Of a stretch of DNA of 64,000 bases, positions 29,236 through 39,276 are shown in pieces. Within the stretch, counting starts at the first letter, position 1. Each line of letters starts with the position of its first letter. The DNA is from an uncultured Verrucomicrobiae bacterium (GTDB lineage Bacteria > Verrucomicrobiota > Verrucomicrobiia > Chthoniobacterales > UBA10450). The stretch spans positions 352,001 to 416,000 of the forward strand of contig CAVSDR010000006.1 in the NCBI GenBank assembly GCA_963726745.1, written 5' to 3'. The translations under genes were made by a program, and so were the position numbers. The notes beneath the pieces are model-generated. The model was not told the origin of the DNA. It did not search any database and worked only from the letters and a program-made list of their open reading frames with translations.

Positions 29236-30680
29236 TCGACGCGCCTTATCTCGAAATCGCCGTCGTGCTCCTCGGCTTCGTCGTCCTGATGGTCGAGGCC
29301 TTTGCCGAGAAGCTCGACAAGCGCACCCTCGCACTCGCTTCGATCGTGGGCCTGGCGGCGGTATTAGCCGGCACTTTCTTCCTCGCGCCCCCGGCCGCGC
29401 CGACCGCGCACGGCTTCGGGAGTTTCTACACCGCCGACGCGCTGGCGGTCTTCTTCAAGCGCTTCGCGCTCGTGGCCACCATTCTCGTGCTGGTGATGAT
29501 GATCGACTACGCGCCAAACGTGCGGCAGGCGATCCATGGCGCGACCGTGCAGGCCGGGTTGGGCGAATTCTTCGCGCTCCCGCTTTTCACCTGCGCCGGG
29601 CTCATGTGGATGGCTTCGGCGATCGACTTCGTGATGATCTTCGTCGCGCTCGAGGTGGTGACGATGTCGTTCTACGTGCTGGTCGCGTTTACCCGGCGCA
29701 ATGTCGCCTCGCTCGAGGCGGGCGTGAAATATCTCATCCTGAGCGCGCTCTCCACCGGCTTCCTGGTTTACGGCATCACCTGGATCTTTGGCGTGACCGG
29801 CGAAACCAATCTCGCGCGCATCACCGCCGTCCTGCAGACCGGCGGCTTCGATCGCATCCCGGCGCTCTTCGGCATGGCGCTGGTCCTGGTCGCGCTCGGC
29901 TTCAAAATCGCCGCGGTCCCGTTCCAAATTTGGGTGCCGGACGTTTACCAGGGCGCGCCCACGCCGGTGACCGCCTACCTCTCGGTCGCCTCCAAGGCCG
30001 CCGGCTTCGTGGTTCTGCTGCGCGTGCTCGAGCCGTTCTTTATCCTCCCGCAAATGCAGAGCCTGCTTGTGGCGGTGGCGGCCCTCACCTTGATCTACGG
30101 GAACCTCGCCGCGCTGCCGCAAAATAATCTCAAGCGCCTCCTGGCTTATTCGAGCATCGCGCACGCGGGCTACCTGCTCGTCGGCGTGGTCTCGCTCGCG
30201 GGCGCCGCCGTGAGCTACTATCTCGTCGGCTATTTGCTCATGACCATGCTGAGCTTCGCGGTCTTGATCGTGGTCGCGAATCACGCGGGCGAGCGGATTG
30301 AGGACTTCAATGGCCTGGCGAAACGTTCGCGCTTCCTCGCCTTCGCCATGCTCCTGTCGATGGCCTCGCTCGCTGGGGTGCCTTTCACCGCCGGGTTTCT
30401 CGGCAAGTTCTTCATCTTTGATGCCGCCATCCGGCAGCACCAGACGATGCTGATCGTCATCGGCGTGCTTACCGTTGCCTGCGGCTTTTACTATTACCTC
30501 AAAGTGGTGCGCGCGATGTATTGGGAAGCGCCCGCGCGGCTCGACCCGATCCCGGTGAGCGGGCTGTCGCGCGTGAGCATGATCGCGTTGATGGCGCTGA
30601 TCGTGATCCTCGGGGTTTACCCGCAGCCGATCCTCAATGCGCTCCGTCCGCGGGCGCCCGTCCTCTCGACGACTCGTTAG
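29232..30680 (+). CDS. nuoN: NADH-quinone oxidoreductase subunit N
   Basis: EAGVKY, FKIAAVPFQIWVPDVYQGAP, KRLLAYSSIAHAGY. Confidence 0.95.
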   Translation: MIDAPYLEIAVVLLGFVVLMVEAFAEKLDKRTLALASIVGLAAVLAGTFFLAPPAAPTAHGFGSFYTADALAVFFKRFALVATILVLVMMIDYAPNVRQAIHGATVQAGLGEFFALPLFTCAGLMWMASAIDFVMIFVALEVVTMSFYVLVAFTRRNVASLEAGVKYLILSALSTGFLVYGITWIFGVTGETNLARITAVLQTGGFDRIPALFGMALVLVALGFKIAAVPFQIWVPDVYQGAPTPVTAYLSVASKAAGFVVLLRVLEPFFILPQMQSLLVAVAALTLIYGNLAALPQNNLKRLLAYSSIAHAGYLLVGVVSLAGAAVSYYLVGYLLMTMLSFAVLIVVANHAGERIEDFNGLAKRSRFLAFAMLLSMASLAGVPFTAGFLGKFFIFDAAIRQHQTMLIVIGVLTVACGFYYYLKVVRAMYWEAPARLDPIPVSGLSRVSMIALMALIVILGVYPQPILNALRPRAPVLSTTR

Positions 30681-31261
30681 TCGCTGAGCTCGACGTTCCA
30701 GTAAGCCAGGTCGACGAAGTGCCGCCAGCTCTCGTGCTGTTGCGCGGAGAAGGTGACCTGGACAAACGGCCGCCATTTCGGACGCTTCGGCTTCCGGATG
30801 AGGTGCATGTTCACCTGGTGCGGGAGGCGATTGGCTTTCCGGGTGTTACAGGGGATGCAGGAACAGACGACATTCTCCCAGGTGGTCAGGCCGCCTTTGT
30901 CGCGCGGAAGGACGTGGTCGAGGTTCAGCTCGCTTCGGTCAAAAATCTTCCCGCAATACTGGCAGGTGTTCCGATCGCGCTCGAAGACATTGTGCCGGGT
31001 AAATTTCACTTCCTTCTTCGGCAACCGATCGAAGAGGAGCAGGACGATGACCCGCGGCACCCGGATTTTCCACGAGATGGTCGTGACCATCTCCTGCTCC
31101 GGCGCGAGCTGCGAAAGATCCAGCCAGCTGCTGAAATCGTGCGTGAGAAAGTTGTTCTCCGGATCGGAGGAAACGATCTGGGCGTGGCCCTGGTAAACCA
31201 GGGTAAAGGCGCGGCGCGCCGAGCAAATGTTCACCGCCTGCCAGAGGCGATTGAGCACCAA
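30677..31261 (-). CDS. HNH endonuclease (McrA-like, HNH_5 type); true start may lie upstream at 31291-31297
   Basis: VLVLN, PRVIVL, RD.NTCQYCG, LDHVLP..KGG.TTWENVVCSC..CN..K. Confidence 0.9.
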   Translation of the reverse strand: MVLNRLWQAVNICSARRAFTLVYQGHAQIVSSDPENNFLTHDFSSWLDLSQLAPEQEMVTTISWKIRVPRVIVLLLFDRLPKKEVKFTRHNVFERDRNTCQYCGKIFDRSELNLDHVLPRDKGGLTTWENVVCSCIPCNTRKANRLPHQVNMHLIRKPKRPKWRPFVQVTFSAQQHESWRHFVDLAYWNVELSD

Positions 31262-31303
31262 AACCTGAGTGTTCAGGAGTGTCGTGTTCAGAAAGATGGG
31301 CGT

Positions 31304-31332
31304 TGGATAACATTCCCCCGTGGGAGTGTCAA
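31304..31332 (-). promoter_or_regulatory. Sigma70-type promoter for the HNH gene
   Basis: Minus strand TTGACA-17 nt-TATCCA with an extended -10 TG. Confidence 0.6.
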
Positions 31333-31347
31333 TGTCGCCCGTCCCCG

Positions 31348-32512
31348 CTACCGGCGGGTGGGTGCGACCTTTGGCTTTACGAAATTCCCCGGGACATGCT
31401 TCGCGTCGTCCGGGGCAGCGCCGGCGGAATTAGCGAAGGCCTGCTCCTCGTCAGGGAGGAATTTCTTGAAGAGGTTTTTGTCGATCGCCTTCATGAAAGC
31501 CTCATGCGGCGAAACCACGCCGCGCTGCAGCAGCGACCAAATGGCATCGTCCATGAACTGCATCCCCTGCCCTTTGCCGGCAATGATCACGTCCTGCAAT
31601 TTCTGCGTCGCGCCTTCGCGGATGATCGCGGAGACGGCCGCGTTTGCGACCAGGATTTCGTTGACTGCAACGCGGCCGCCGCCGGCTTCGGGCGTCTTCT
31701 TCAGGAGCAACTGCGCAAGCACGCCGCGCAGCGAATTCGCGAGCATGGTGCGCGCTTGCGCCTGCTTGTTCGCCGGGAAGACGTCCACCATGCGATCGAC
31801 GGTTTTGCGCGCGTTGTTCGTGTGCAGCGTGCCGAAAACGAGCAGTCCGGTCTCGGCCGCGGTTAGCGCGAGCGAGATCGTCTCCAGGTCGCGCATTTCC
31901 CCCACGAGCACGATGTCTGCGTCCTCGCGCAGCGCCGCCTTCAGACCCGACGGAAACGTGCTCGCATTCACCGGCACCTCGCGCTGGGTGATGATGCTTT
32001 TCTTGTTCTCGTGCACGAACTCGATCGGCTCCTCGATCGTGACAATGTGCCGGGAGAAGTTGGTGTTGATGTAATCAATCAAGGCCGCCAGCGTGGTCGA
32101 CTTGCCGCTGCCGGTCGGGCCGGTGACGAGGACGAGCCCGCCGCGCAGGTGGCCGAATTCCTTCACCACCGGCGGAATCCCAAGCTGCTCCAGCGTGGCA
32201 ATCTTCGTGGGGATCAGACCGAAAGACCGCGCCGTAGCCGTTGGCTTGCTTGAGGAAATTGCACCGGAAGCGCGAGTGCGCGTCCATCTCGTAGGCAAAA
32301 TCGAGGTCGCCCCGTTCCTCGAAGAGCGCCCAATTATCGACGCCGGCGATCTCGCTCAACATGTAGGCCGCTTCATCGCGCGTGACCGCTTCCTCGCGGA
32401 TCGGCATGACGTCGCCATGCTTGCGGATCTTCGGCGGCTGACCTTCGCCGATATGCAAATCGGAAGCGCCTTCGCTTACCAGCACCTCGAAAAAAGCGTC
32501 GATGTAAGCCAC
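31348..32512 (-). CDS. PilT/PilU-family type IV pilus retraction ATPase; frameshift near 32220
   Basis: ASDLHI, GDLDFAY, GPTGSGKSTT, IEEPIEF, ALRED.DIVLVGEMRD, ETGLLVFGTLHT. Confidence 0.9.
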
Positions 32513-32514
32513 GG

Positions 32515-33630
32515 CTACTTCTCCATCCCGAGATGCTGCCGCATCATCTGTTTTTGTTCGGAGCGCGCATAGGCTTCCTCGGCGGAAATCACTCCGGTGT
32601 CGTAAAGATTGGCCAGCGCGTCATCCATTAATTGCATCCCGAGCTTCTTCCCGGTCTGGATGATGCCGGGAAGCATGTAGGTCTTGGCCTCGCGAATGAC
32701 GTTGGCCACCGCCGGCGTGTTCGTGAGTGTCTCGAGCGCGAGCGCACGGCCGCTACCGTCCGCTTTCGGGACAAGTTGCTGGCTAATGATTCCACGCAGC
32801 GATTCGCTCACCATGATGCGGATTTGCTCCTGCTGGTCGACCGGGAAGACGTCGAGCAAGCGGTCGAGCGTGCGCGAGGCGTTGCCGGTGTGGAGCGTGC
32901 CGAGCACGAGGTGACCGGTTTCCGAGGCGGTAATAGCCAGCGAGATCGTCTCCAGGTCGCGCATTTCGCCGATCATGATCACGTCCGGATCTTCGCGGAG
33001 CGCGCCGCGCAGGGCCGCGCTGAACGAGGCCGTGTGCGTATGCACTTCGCGCTGGGTGATGTGGCAGCCTTTCGGCTGGAAGATGTATTCGATCGGGTCT
33101 TCCAGCGAGATGATGTGCTCATGGCGCTCGCGGTTCACCTGTTCCACGAGCGCAGCCAGCGTGGTCGACTTGCCACTGCCGACCGAGCCGGTGACGAGGA
33201 TGAGGCCGTTGTGAAAGCGAGTCAGCAGCTTCAGGTGCTCGGGCAATCCGAGCTCATCCATCGTCTTGACCTCGGTGTTGATGATCCGGAAGACGAGGTC
33301 GACTCCAAGTCGCTGCCTAACGACACTGGTGCGGAAGCGCCCGAACTCGGTCGCGTAGGCAAAATCGGCGTCGCCTTGCATCCCGAGGTGGGCCTTGTGG
33401 ACGTCCGGCAGGAAACCATCGGCGAGGGCGGCGGTCTCCTGCGCCGTCAGCCTGGGTGCGTCCGGCCAGATGGGACGGAGAATGCCTTGCATGCGCCAGA
33501 TCGGCGGCGCATTGACCCCGAGATGGATATCGGAAGCCCCGGCCTCCTGGCCAATCGCGAGATACTCGTCGACGTGCCGCAGGACATGGTGCGGAGTCTC
33601 AGCGGTGACTTCAACGGAAGCGGGTTCCAT
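32515..33630 (-). CDS. pilT: Type IV pilus twitching motility ATPase PilT
   Basis: ASDIHL, GSVGSGKSTT, EDPIEY, ALREDPDVIMIGEMRD, ETGHLVLGTLHT, NVIRE; start reassigned to ATG 33630. Confidence 0.88.
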   Translation of the reverse strand: MEPASVEVTAETPHHVLRHVDEYLAIGQEAGASDIHLGVNAPPIWRMQGILRPIWPDAPRLTAQETAALADGFLPDVHKAHLGMQGDADFAYATEFGRFRTSVVRQRLGVDLVFRIINTEVKTMDELGLPEHLKLLTRFHNGLILVTGSVGSGKSTTLAALVEQVNRERHEHIISLEDPIEYIFQPKGCHITQREVHTHTASFSAALRGALREDPDVIMIGEMRDLETISLAITASETGHLVLGTLHTGNASRTLDRLLDVFPVDQQEQIRIMVSESLRGIISQQLVPKADGSGRALALETLTNTPAVANVIREAKTYMLPGIIQTGKKLGMQLMDDALANLYDTGVISAEEAYARSEQKQMMRQHLGMEK

Positions 33631-33716
33631 GCAGCAGGTGCGAAGTTCTTTCCCGCAGCCGCGAATGACAAGCCGGGAATGCGCGCGCGCCGCATTTCCC
33701 TGCCGGCCGCGCGCGG

Positions 33717-35322
33717 CTACTCGCACTCGCAGACGATGCGGAAGCCAACGTCGTTGCAGGAATAGCCGGGAAGATTTGAACCGCGCGCGGTCGTGCGCAG
33801 GCTGTTGAAGCGCGACTTCCAGCTGCCGCCACGGTAGACGCGCTTGGCCCCGGAGGTGGCGCCGCGCGGATTCACCCGCGGTGTCCCGCGATAGGTCTCG
33901 AAGAAATCGAGGCACCATTCCCAGACGTTGCCCGCCATGTCGTGCACCCCGAAAGGGCTGGCGCCGTTCGGAAACGCGCCCACGGGCGAGCTTTCGGCAA
34001 AGCCATCGTCGATCTCGCGATCGCTCCAGGCGAAGACGGTGTTCTTGTCGGCAAAATTCGCCAGGTCGCCCCGGCCGTCGTGCTGGCCCCACGGATAGCG
34101 GCGGCTGTCAGTCCCGCGCGCGGCAAATTCCCACTCGGCCTCCGTTGGCAGGCGGTATTTTTTGCGATCGCGCGCGCTCAGCCAGGAGCAGAATTTAATG
34201 GCCTCCAGGCTGCTGACATAGACGACCGGATGGCGATCGCCGGCGCCCGGGGCGCGCTTGCGGGCATGCGTCGGGTCGAAGACTTCATACTCCGCGTTGG
34301 TCACCGGAAACTTCGAGATGAAGAAGCGGCTCAACGTGACCTTCGAGAGCGGCCGCTCGTTCGGGCCAGCGTCGCGCCCTTCGCTACCCATGTGATACTC
34401 GCCGGAGGGGATGAAGAGCATGGGTCCGCCTAACGAGTTTACAAAAGGCGGAAACTCGGCGGCCGGGGCCGCTGCCGGGGCCGGCGCTACTTCCACCCGG
34501 TGCTCGACTGTCCGCGCCGCGGCGGCAGGAGCTGGCGGGGTGGGCGCGGGCGCGGAGGGTTTGTCGTCGTCATCCGACTGCCCGAGGTAGAGATCGACCA
34601 GGTCTTCGGCTTCCCCCGGGTCAATCCCGAGGTTTTCCGCCATGTTGATGAAGGCATCGCGCGTTTCATCGGTCATGCCGTCCTTGTCCAGATTGGTCAG
34701 CTGGAGCATGCGCATGAACTCCGCCTTCGGATCGCCACCGCGCGCCGGCCGGGAAGAGCGTGGGCGCGGAGGCGGCGTCGGAGCGACGGGGGCCGGCGCG
34801 GCTTCGGCGACCTTGCGGCGCGCGCCGCTTTCCTGCAGCTCGGCCTCGATGTAGCGCTCCATCTCCTCTGCGTTCAAGCCATGTTCGCGCCCGAAGCGAT
34901 GGAGATTGCGCTCCTCCTCCGGAGTCAGCACCCCGTCGGCCGTGGCAAAGGTCAGATACTTGTGAAACTCGGCCACGGCTTCGTCGTGCGCCTGGGCGGC
35001 CAGTTCCTGGTCGAGCTGCTGGCGGCGCGCGGGATCGAGCAGGCCGAGGCGTGCCTGCGGCGAGGTAGCGCGACGATTCGTCCAGCCCGGGCCGCAACAT
35101 TTGCGCGATCGGATTGCTCGGCTGGTTCTTCAGCGGAAGCTTTTTCTGCCACCAGCGCAGGAGCTCGCGGCAATGCCCTTCGATGACCTCGTTGGTGGGA
35201 TTTTGCCGCGGGTCGAGACAAAGGCGCTCATACAAGTTGGGCGACTTGTATTTGCTCCAGCCGTCCCATTTGTTGGGATCGTCCGGCAGCGGAATCGGAA
35301 AGAGAGACTTCACCGGAAGCAT
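33717..35322 (-). CDS. Multidomain protein: J-domain-like N-terminus, TerB-like repeats, C-terminal FGE-sulfatase (SUMF1) domain; frameshift near 35058
   Basis: C-terminus RLPTEAEWEFAARG, YPWG, DMAGNVWEWC, RGGSW, VGFR; N-terminus NLYERL...LLDPARRQQLD; middle ADGVLT.EE..L...GL. Confidence 0.75.
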
Positions 35323-35325
35323 CGC

Positions 35326-36888
35326 TTAGGAGACGCTCAGGGAAGCGAGTTCCGCCGCGGCTTCGGCCACCTCGTGCGGGAGGAGACCGGTGTTCCGTTC
35401 GATGGACATCTTGGTTTCTTCGCCGCAAATGAGGACCGCGATCTCGAGCACCTGGTTCTCGTTGTACTCGTAGTGCAGCTCCACCGGCGTGCCTTTGGGC
35501 AACAACGGCGGGAGATTGACCGCGCAGATGCCCAGCGGCGTGCACTCTGTCGGGAGGCTGCTCTCGCCCTCGACGATGCGCACGACCGCGCGCGACATGT
35601 TCGCATCGGCGGTGCCGAAGAAGTTGCGCGCGTTCGCCGGGATCGGGCTCATTTTCCGGATCATCGGAAAGACATACTCGGTCAGGAGGGTGTCGTCCCA
35701 GAGAACCACACCGAGAGTGTGCGAGGTGATGTTGTTCACCTGCATAAGCAAGCCGTCGCGGGAGGAAAATTGCTCGCGGGTGTCAGCCGGCAACATCTGT
35801 TCGCCCGAAGTTTCCTCCTCGCGCAGAAGCAGGAGGATGCCCTGGATGGCCGCGCCCACGGCGACCGCCTCATCGGGATTCACTTCATCGACCAAAGCCT
35901 GCGCCGAGAGGTCCTGCACGAGCGCGCGGACCATCGGCATGCGCGTCATGCCGCCGACCAGCAGCACTTTGTCGATTCCGGACCACTCGAGCCCGGCTTC
36001 GTTCAGGACAAGATCGCAGATCCCGCGGCAGCGCTCCACGAGATGCAAGGTCAAGCGTTCGAAGTCCTCTCGGGTGAGCTCGACCTTCAAGCTCTTGCCA
36101 TTGTAGCTGTGGACGATGGTCGTGCGGGCGCGGCTCGAAAGCTGGACCTTGGCTGCGAGCGCGCGGCTCTGCAGTTCCTGGTAGCTCTGCAGATCGAGCA
36201 AGGGATTCTCGCCATGCTCGCGATCGAACTCCTCGGCTACGTAATTGACGATCGCGTCGTCCCAATCTTTTCCGCCGAGGCGATGGTCGCCGTTGGTCGC
36301 GAGCATCTGGATGTTGTGCCCCTCGATCCGCATGAGGGTGACGTCAAAAGTGCCGCCGCCCAGGTCAAAGACGAACACCGTCTGGTCCTGGTCGAGCTTG
36401 TCGAGTCCGTAGGCCACCGCCGCCGCGGTCGGCTCGTTGATCACCTGGAGGACGTGGAAGCCGGCGAGCTGCCCGGCGGTGATCGTGGCCGTGCGCTCGG
36501 CGTCGTTGAAGTAAGCCGGGACGGTGATGACCACGTCGGTCACGTCTTCCTTCAGGTAGCGCTCGGCATCCGCTTTCAGCTTCTTCAGGATCAAGGCGGA
36601 AAGCTCTTCGGCGGAGTAGCGCTTGCGATCGAACTCGCGATGGAAATGCTCGCGCGACTTGCCCATCTCGCGCTTCACAAAATCGACGATCCGCTCCGGC
36701 TCGGCGACGGCGTTGTTCTTCGCCATTGTGCCGACGACTGCGGTCTCGCCCTCGAACAAAATCACGCTCGGAGTGATCCGCTCGCTTTCGCTATTCGGGA
36801 TGATCTGCGGTTTGCCGTAGGCGTCGATGTGCGCCATGGCCGAGAAGGTCGTGCCAAGGTCGATGCCGATTACTTTTCTGTGGGACAT
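35326..36888 (-). CDS. Hsp70-family protein (DnaK paralogue, lid-less, 520 aa)
   Basis: GIDLGTT, ITVPAYF, INEPTAAA, FDLGGGTFD, LVGGMTRMP; ends shortly after the SBD-beta region. Confidence 0.93.
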   Translation of the reverse strand: MSHRKVIGIDLGTTFSAMAHIDAYGKPQIIPNSESERITPSVILFEGETAVVGTMAKNNAVAEPERIVDFVKREMGKSREHFHREFDRKRYSAEELSALILKKLKADAERYLKEDVTDVVITVPAYFNDAERTATITAGQLAGFHVLQVINEPTAAAVAYGLDKLDQDQTVFVFDLGGGTFDVTLMRIEGHNIQMLATNGDHRLGGKDWDDAIVNYVAEEFDREHGENPLLDLQSYQELQSRALAAKVQLSSRARTTIVHSYNGKSLKVELTREDFERLTLHLVERCRGICDLVLNEAGLEWSGIDKVLLVGGMTRMPMVRALVQDLSAQALVDEVNPDEAVAVGAAIQGILLLLREEETSGEQMLPADTREQFSSRDGLLMQVNNITSHTLGVVLWDDTLLTEYVFPMIRKMSPIPANARNFFGTADANMSRAVVRIVEGESSLPTECTPLGICAVNLPPLLPKGTPVELHYEYNENQVLEIAVLICGEETKMSIERNTGLLPHEVAEAAAELASLSVS

Positions 36889-37027
36889 GGAGACAGGTTA
36901 GGAGATGGACCCGCCCTTCGTTTTTCTCGGAGCGTCGCCACCTAAAGTGCAGCTTTCGTGCCCACGGCGGAGAGGACTTTGCGCGACCGCGAGTTGCGCG
37001 GAAAAAAACTAGCCAGCCAGATGGCGG

Positions 37028-37744
37028 CTACGGGAAACGCTTCGCGATCACTTCCTCGGCGCGGAAAAGCTTCCCGTGCCAGAGAAACCCACGCTTCAAG
37101 CGCTGCACGATGCGGCCGTCTTCTTCGGCAAAATCCGCCAGCTCATAAGAAATGACTTTGTGCCAGCGACGGTCCACGCACTCCTGCGGCTCCAGCTCGC
37201 TCACCTCCACCCGATGCAGAATCTCCAGGAGCGCATCGACGGCGTGGCGGTGATTCTCAGCCCATTGGGCGGTTTGCGCGTTCGCATTTTCCACCCGCAA
37301 GAGCTGCGCGGAAAGCGCACTCATGTCGTCGTAAAGCGTGATCAGGTCGCGCAAAATCGGCTTTTGCAAGGTCTCGCGCATGAAGTCGTCGCGATAGCAC
37401 TTCAACTCTTCGTGCAGCGAATTGAAGAGGCGCTGATTTACGCTCTCGCCTTTCCGGGCCACTTCCAGCTGCGCCTCGATCCGGTCCAGCCGGTCGGCTA
37501 ATTGGTCGCTTCCTGCCGCCGGCGTCGGCGCGGCTACCTTCGCGAAGCCGTGCGCCATGGTCCGCGCGATCGCCGCCAGGGTTTGCTGCATTGCCTCGAG
37601 CCGATCTTCCTCCGGCGAAGCTTCTGCCAATGGTTGCGCGATTTTCGCCGGCGGCGCGCTCTTCGACGCTTCCGCCACGAGCTGCTGCATGGTGCTGGAA
37701 AACTCGTCCGAAAGTTCGATCTCGAGGGTCTCGATGTCGCTCAT
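37028..37744 (-). CDS. GrpE-like nucleotide exchange factor
   Basis: Coiled coil, ILRDLITLYDD, D.RWH.VI, GRIVQRLKRGF..HGKLFRA..V (GrpE head). Confidence 0.8.
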   Translation of the reverse strand: MSDIETLEIELSDEFSSTMQQLVAEASKSAPPAKIAQPLAEASPEEDRLEAMQQTLAAIARTMAHGFAKVAAPTPAAGSDQLADRLDRIEAQLEVARKGESVNQRLFNSLHEELKCYRDDFMRETLQKPILRDLITLYDDMSALSAQLLRVENANAQTAQWAENHRHAVDALLEILHRVEVSELEPQECVDRRWHKVISYELADFAEEDGRIVQRLKRGFLWHGKLFRAEEVIAKRFP

Positions 37745-37752
37745 GGTGCCGG

Positions 37753-39276
37753 CTATTTTTTCGGGGCGCGATAATGCCGGCTGATCGCCTCGACCAGTCC
37801 CGGGATGTCGTGTTTCCGTGCTTCCACCGCCACTTCCAGGCCGAGCTCGCGCGCCGTTTTCGAAGTTACTGGGCCGATGCTGGCGACTTGCATTCGCTCC
37901 GGCCAGGGAAGCTCCAGGGCCATGAAATTCTCCACCGTGGAAGAGCTGGTAAAAGTAATCAGGTCCGCGCCTTCCTCCACGAAACGACGGCGCGCGCCGT
38001 TATCATCGCGGGTCTCCGCAACGGTCCGGTAAGCGAACGCTTCATCAACGATGGCACCCATGGCTGTCAGTTCCTTGGGAAGCACGTCCCGCGCCTTCTC
38101 CGCCCGCGCCAGTAAAATGCGCAAGTTCTCCACCCCGCCTTGCTTCGCGAATTCCTTCACCACCGCCTCGGCCACGTATTCCTCCGGCTGAAGATCGACA
38201 TGGAGGCGGAAGTCCTTGATCCGCTGCGCGGTCGCCGGGCCGATCGCGGCGATCTTGGCGCCGCCGATTTCGCGCGCGTCGCTGTAGAGCTTGTAGAAGA
38301 GCTCGAAGAACGCGTTCACCCCGTTCGGGCTCGTGAAGATGATCCAGTCGTAGGCGTGCGCGTCCTGCACCAGCTCGGCAAAGGCGCGCAGGTCGCTTGG
38401 CGGTTCGATGCGAATGGTCGGAAGCTCGAGAACATCGGCCCCCAAGGCTTCGAGCTGTGCGCTCAGCACCCCGGCCTGGGTGCGCGTCCGCGTGACCACA
38501 ATCCGCTTCCCGGAAAGCGGACGGCCTTCGAACCAATTTAGCTTTTCGCGCAGCGCCACCACCTCGCCAAAGACCGCGACCGCCGGCGCTTCGAAACCTT
38601 CTGCCACCACCTTCCCGGCGATGTTTTCGACCGTGCCGGTGAGCGTTTGCTGCCGGCCAGTGGTAGCCCAGCGCACCAGCGCCACCGGCAGGTCCGGGCG
38701 CACGCCGTTCTCCAGGAACTCGCGCGTGATCGCGCCGATCCGCTCCACCCCCATCAGCATCACCTGCGTGCCGCCGAGTTTAGCCAGCGCGCTGAAGTCG
38801 ATCGAGCTCTCGGTTTTTTCCGGGTTCTCGTGCCCGGTGAAGAAGGTCACGTGCGAGTTGTTCCCGCGATGCGTGATCGGAATGCCCGCGTAAGCCGGAC
38901 CGGCGATCGCTGAGGTCACGCCCGGGACGATCTCGAACTCGAGCCCGGCTTCGGCCAGCGCGAGCGCTTCCTCCCCGCCGCGCCCGAAGACGAACGGATC
39001 GCCGCCCTTTAGCCTAACGACTCGTTTCCCGGCGCGCGTTTGCTCGACCAGCAGTTGGTTAATCCCCTCCTGCGAGAGCGTGTGCGCGCCGGCTTTTTTG
39101 CCCACGTAGATGCGCTCCGCATTTTCCGGAGCCCATTGCAGCATCGCCGGATTGCAGAGGTAATCGTAAACGATCACCTCGGCTTGCGTGATCAGTTGCT
39201 TCGCCCGGAGCGTGACCAGGCCGAGATCGCCCGGGCCCGCGCCCACGAGCGCACATTTGGTTGTTTTATCCGCCAT
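37753..39276 (-). CDS. cobA: Fused uroporphyrinogen-III C-methyltransferase / synthase (CobA-HemD)
   Basis: LVGAGPGD, VRLKGGDPFVFGRGGEE, then IVVTR, FTSPNGV, FTSSSTV. Confidence 0.93.
   Translation of the reverse strand: MADKTTKCALVGAGPGDLGLVTLRAKQLITQAEVIVYDYLCNPAMLQWAPENAERIYVGKKAGAHTLSQEGINQLLVEQTRAGKRVVRLKGGDPFVFGRGGEEALALAEAGLEFEIVPGVTSAIAGPAYAGIPITHRGNNSHVTFFTGHENPEKTESSIDFSALAKLGGTQVMLMGVERIGAITREFLENGVRPDLPVALVRWATTGRQQTLTGTVENIAGKVVAEGFEAPAVAVFGEVVALREKLNWFEGRPLSGKRIVVTRTRTQAGVLSAQLEALGADVLELPTIRIEPPSDLRAFAELVQDAHAYDWIIFTSPNGVNAFFELFYKLYSDAREIGGAKIAAIGPATAQRIKDFRLHVDLQPEEYVAEAVVKEFAKQGGVENLRILLARAEKARDVLPKELTAMGAIVDEAFAYRTVAETRDDNGARRRFVEEGADLITFTSSSTVENFMALELPWPERMQVASIGPVTSKTARELGLEVAVEARKHDIPGLVEAISRHYRAPKK

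Noticed and set aside
30677..31261. HNH gene as a homing endonuclease, intron or defence island
   Set aside because: It is a stand-alone McrA-like family gene with host-like codon usage and its own promoter; no intron, repeats or methyltransferase nearby.
33674..33700. Imperfect hairpin GGGAATGCG...CGCATTTCCC between the FGE gene and pilT
   Set aside because: Short and bulged, with no U-tract; cannot be distinguished from chance in GC-rich DNA.
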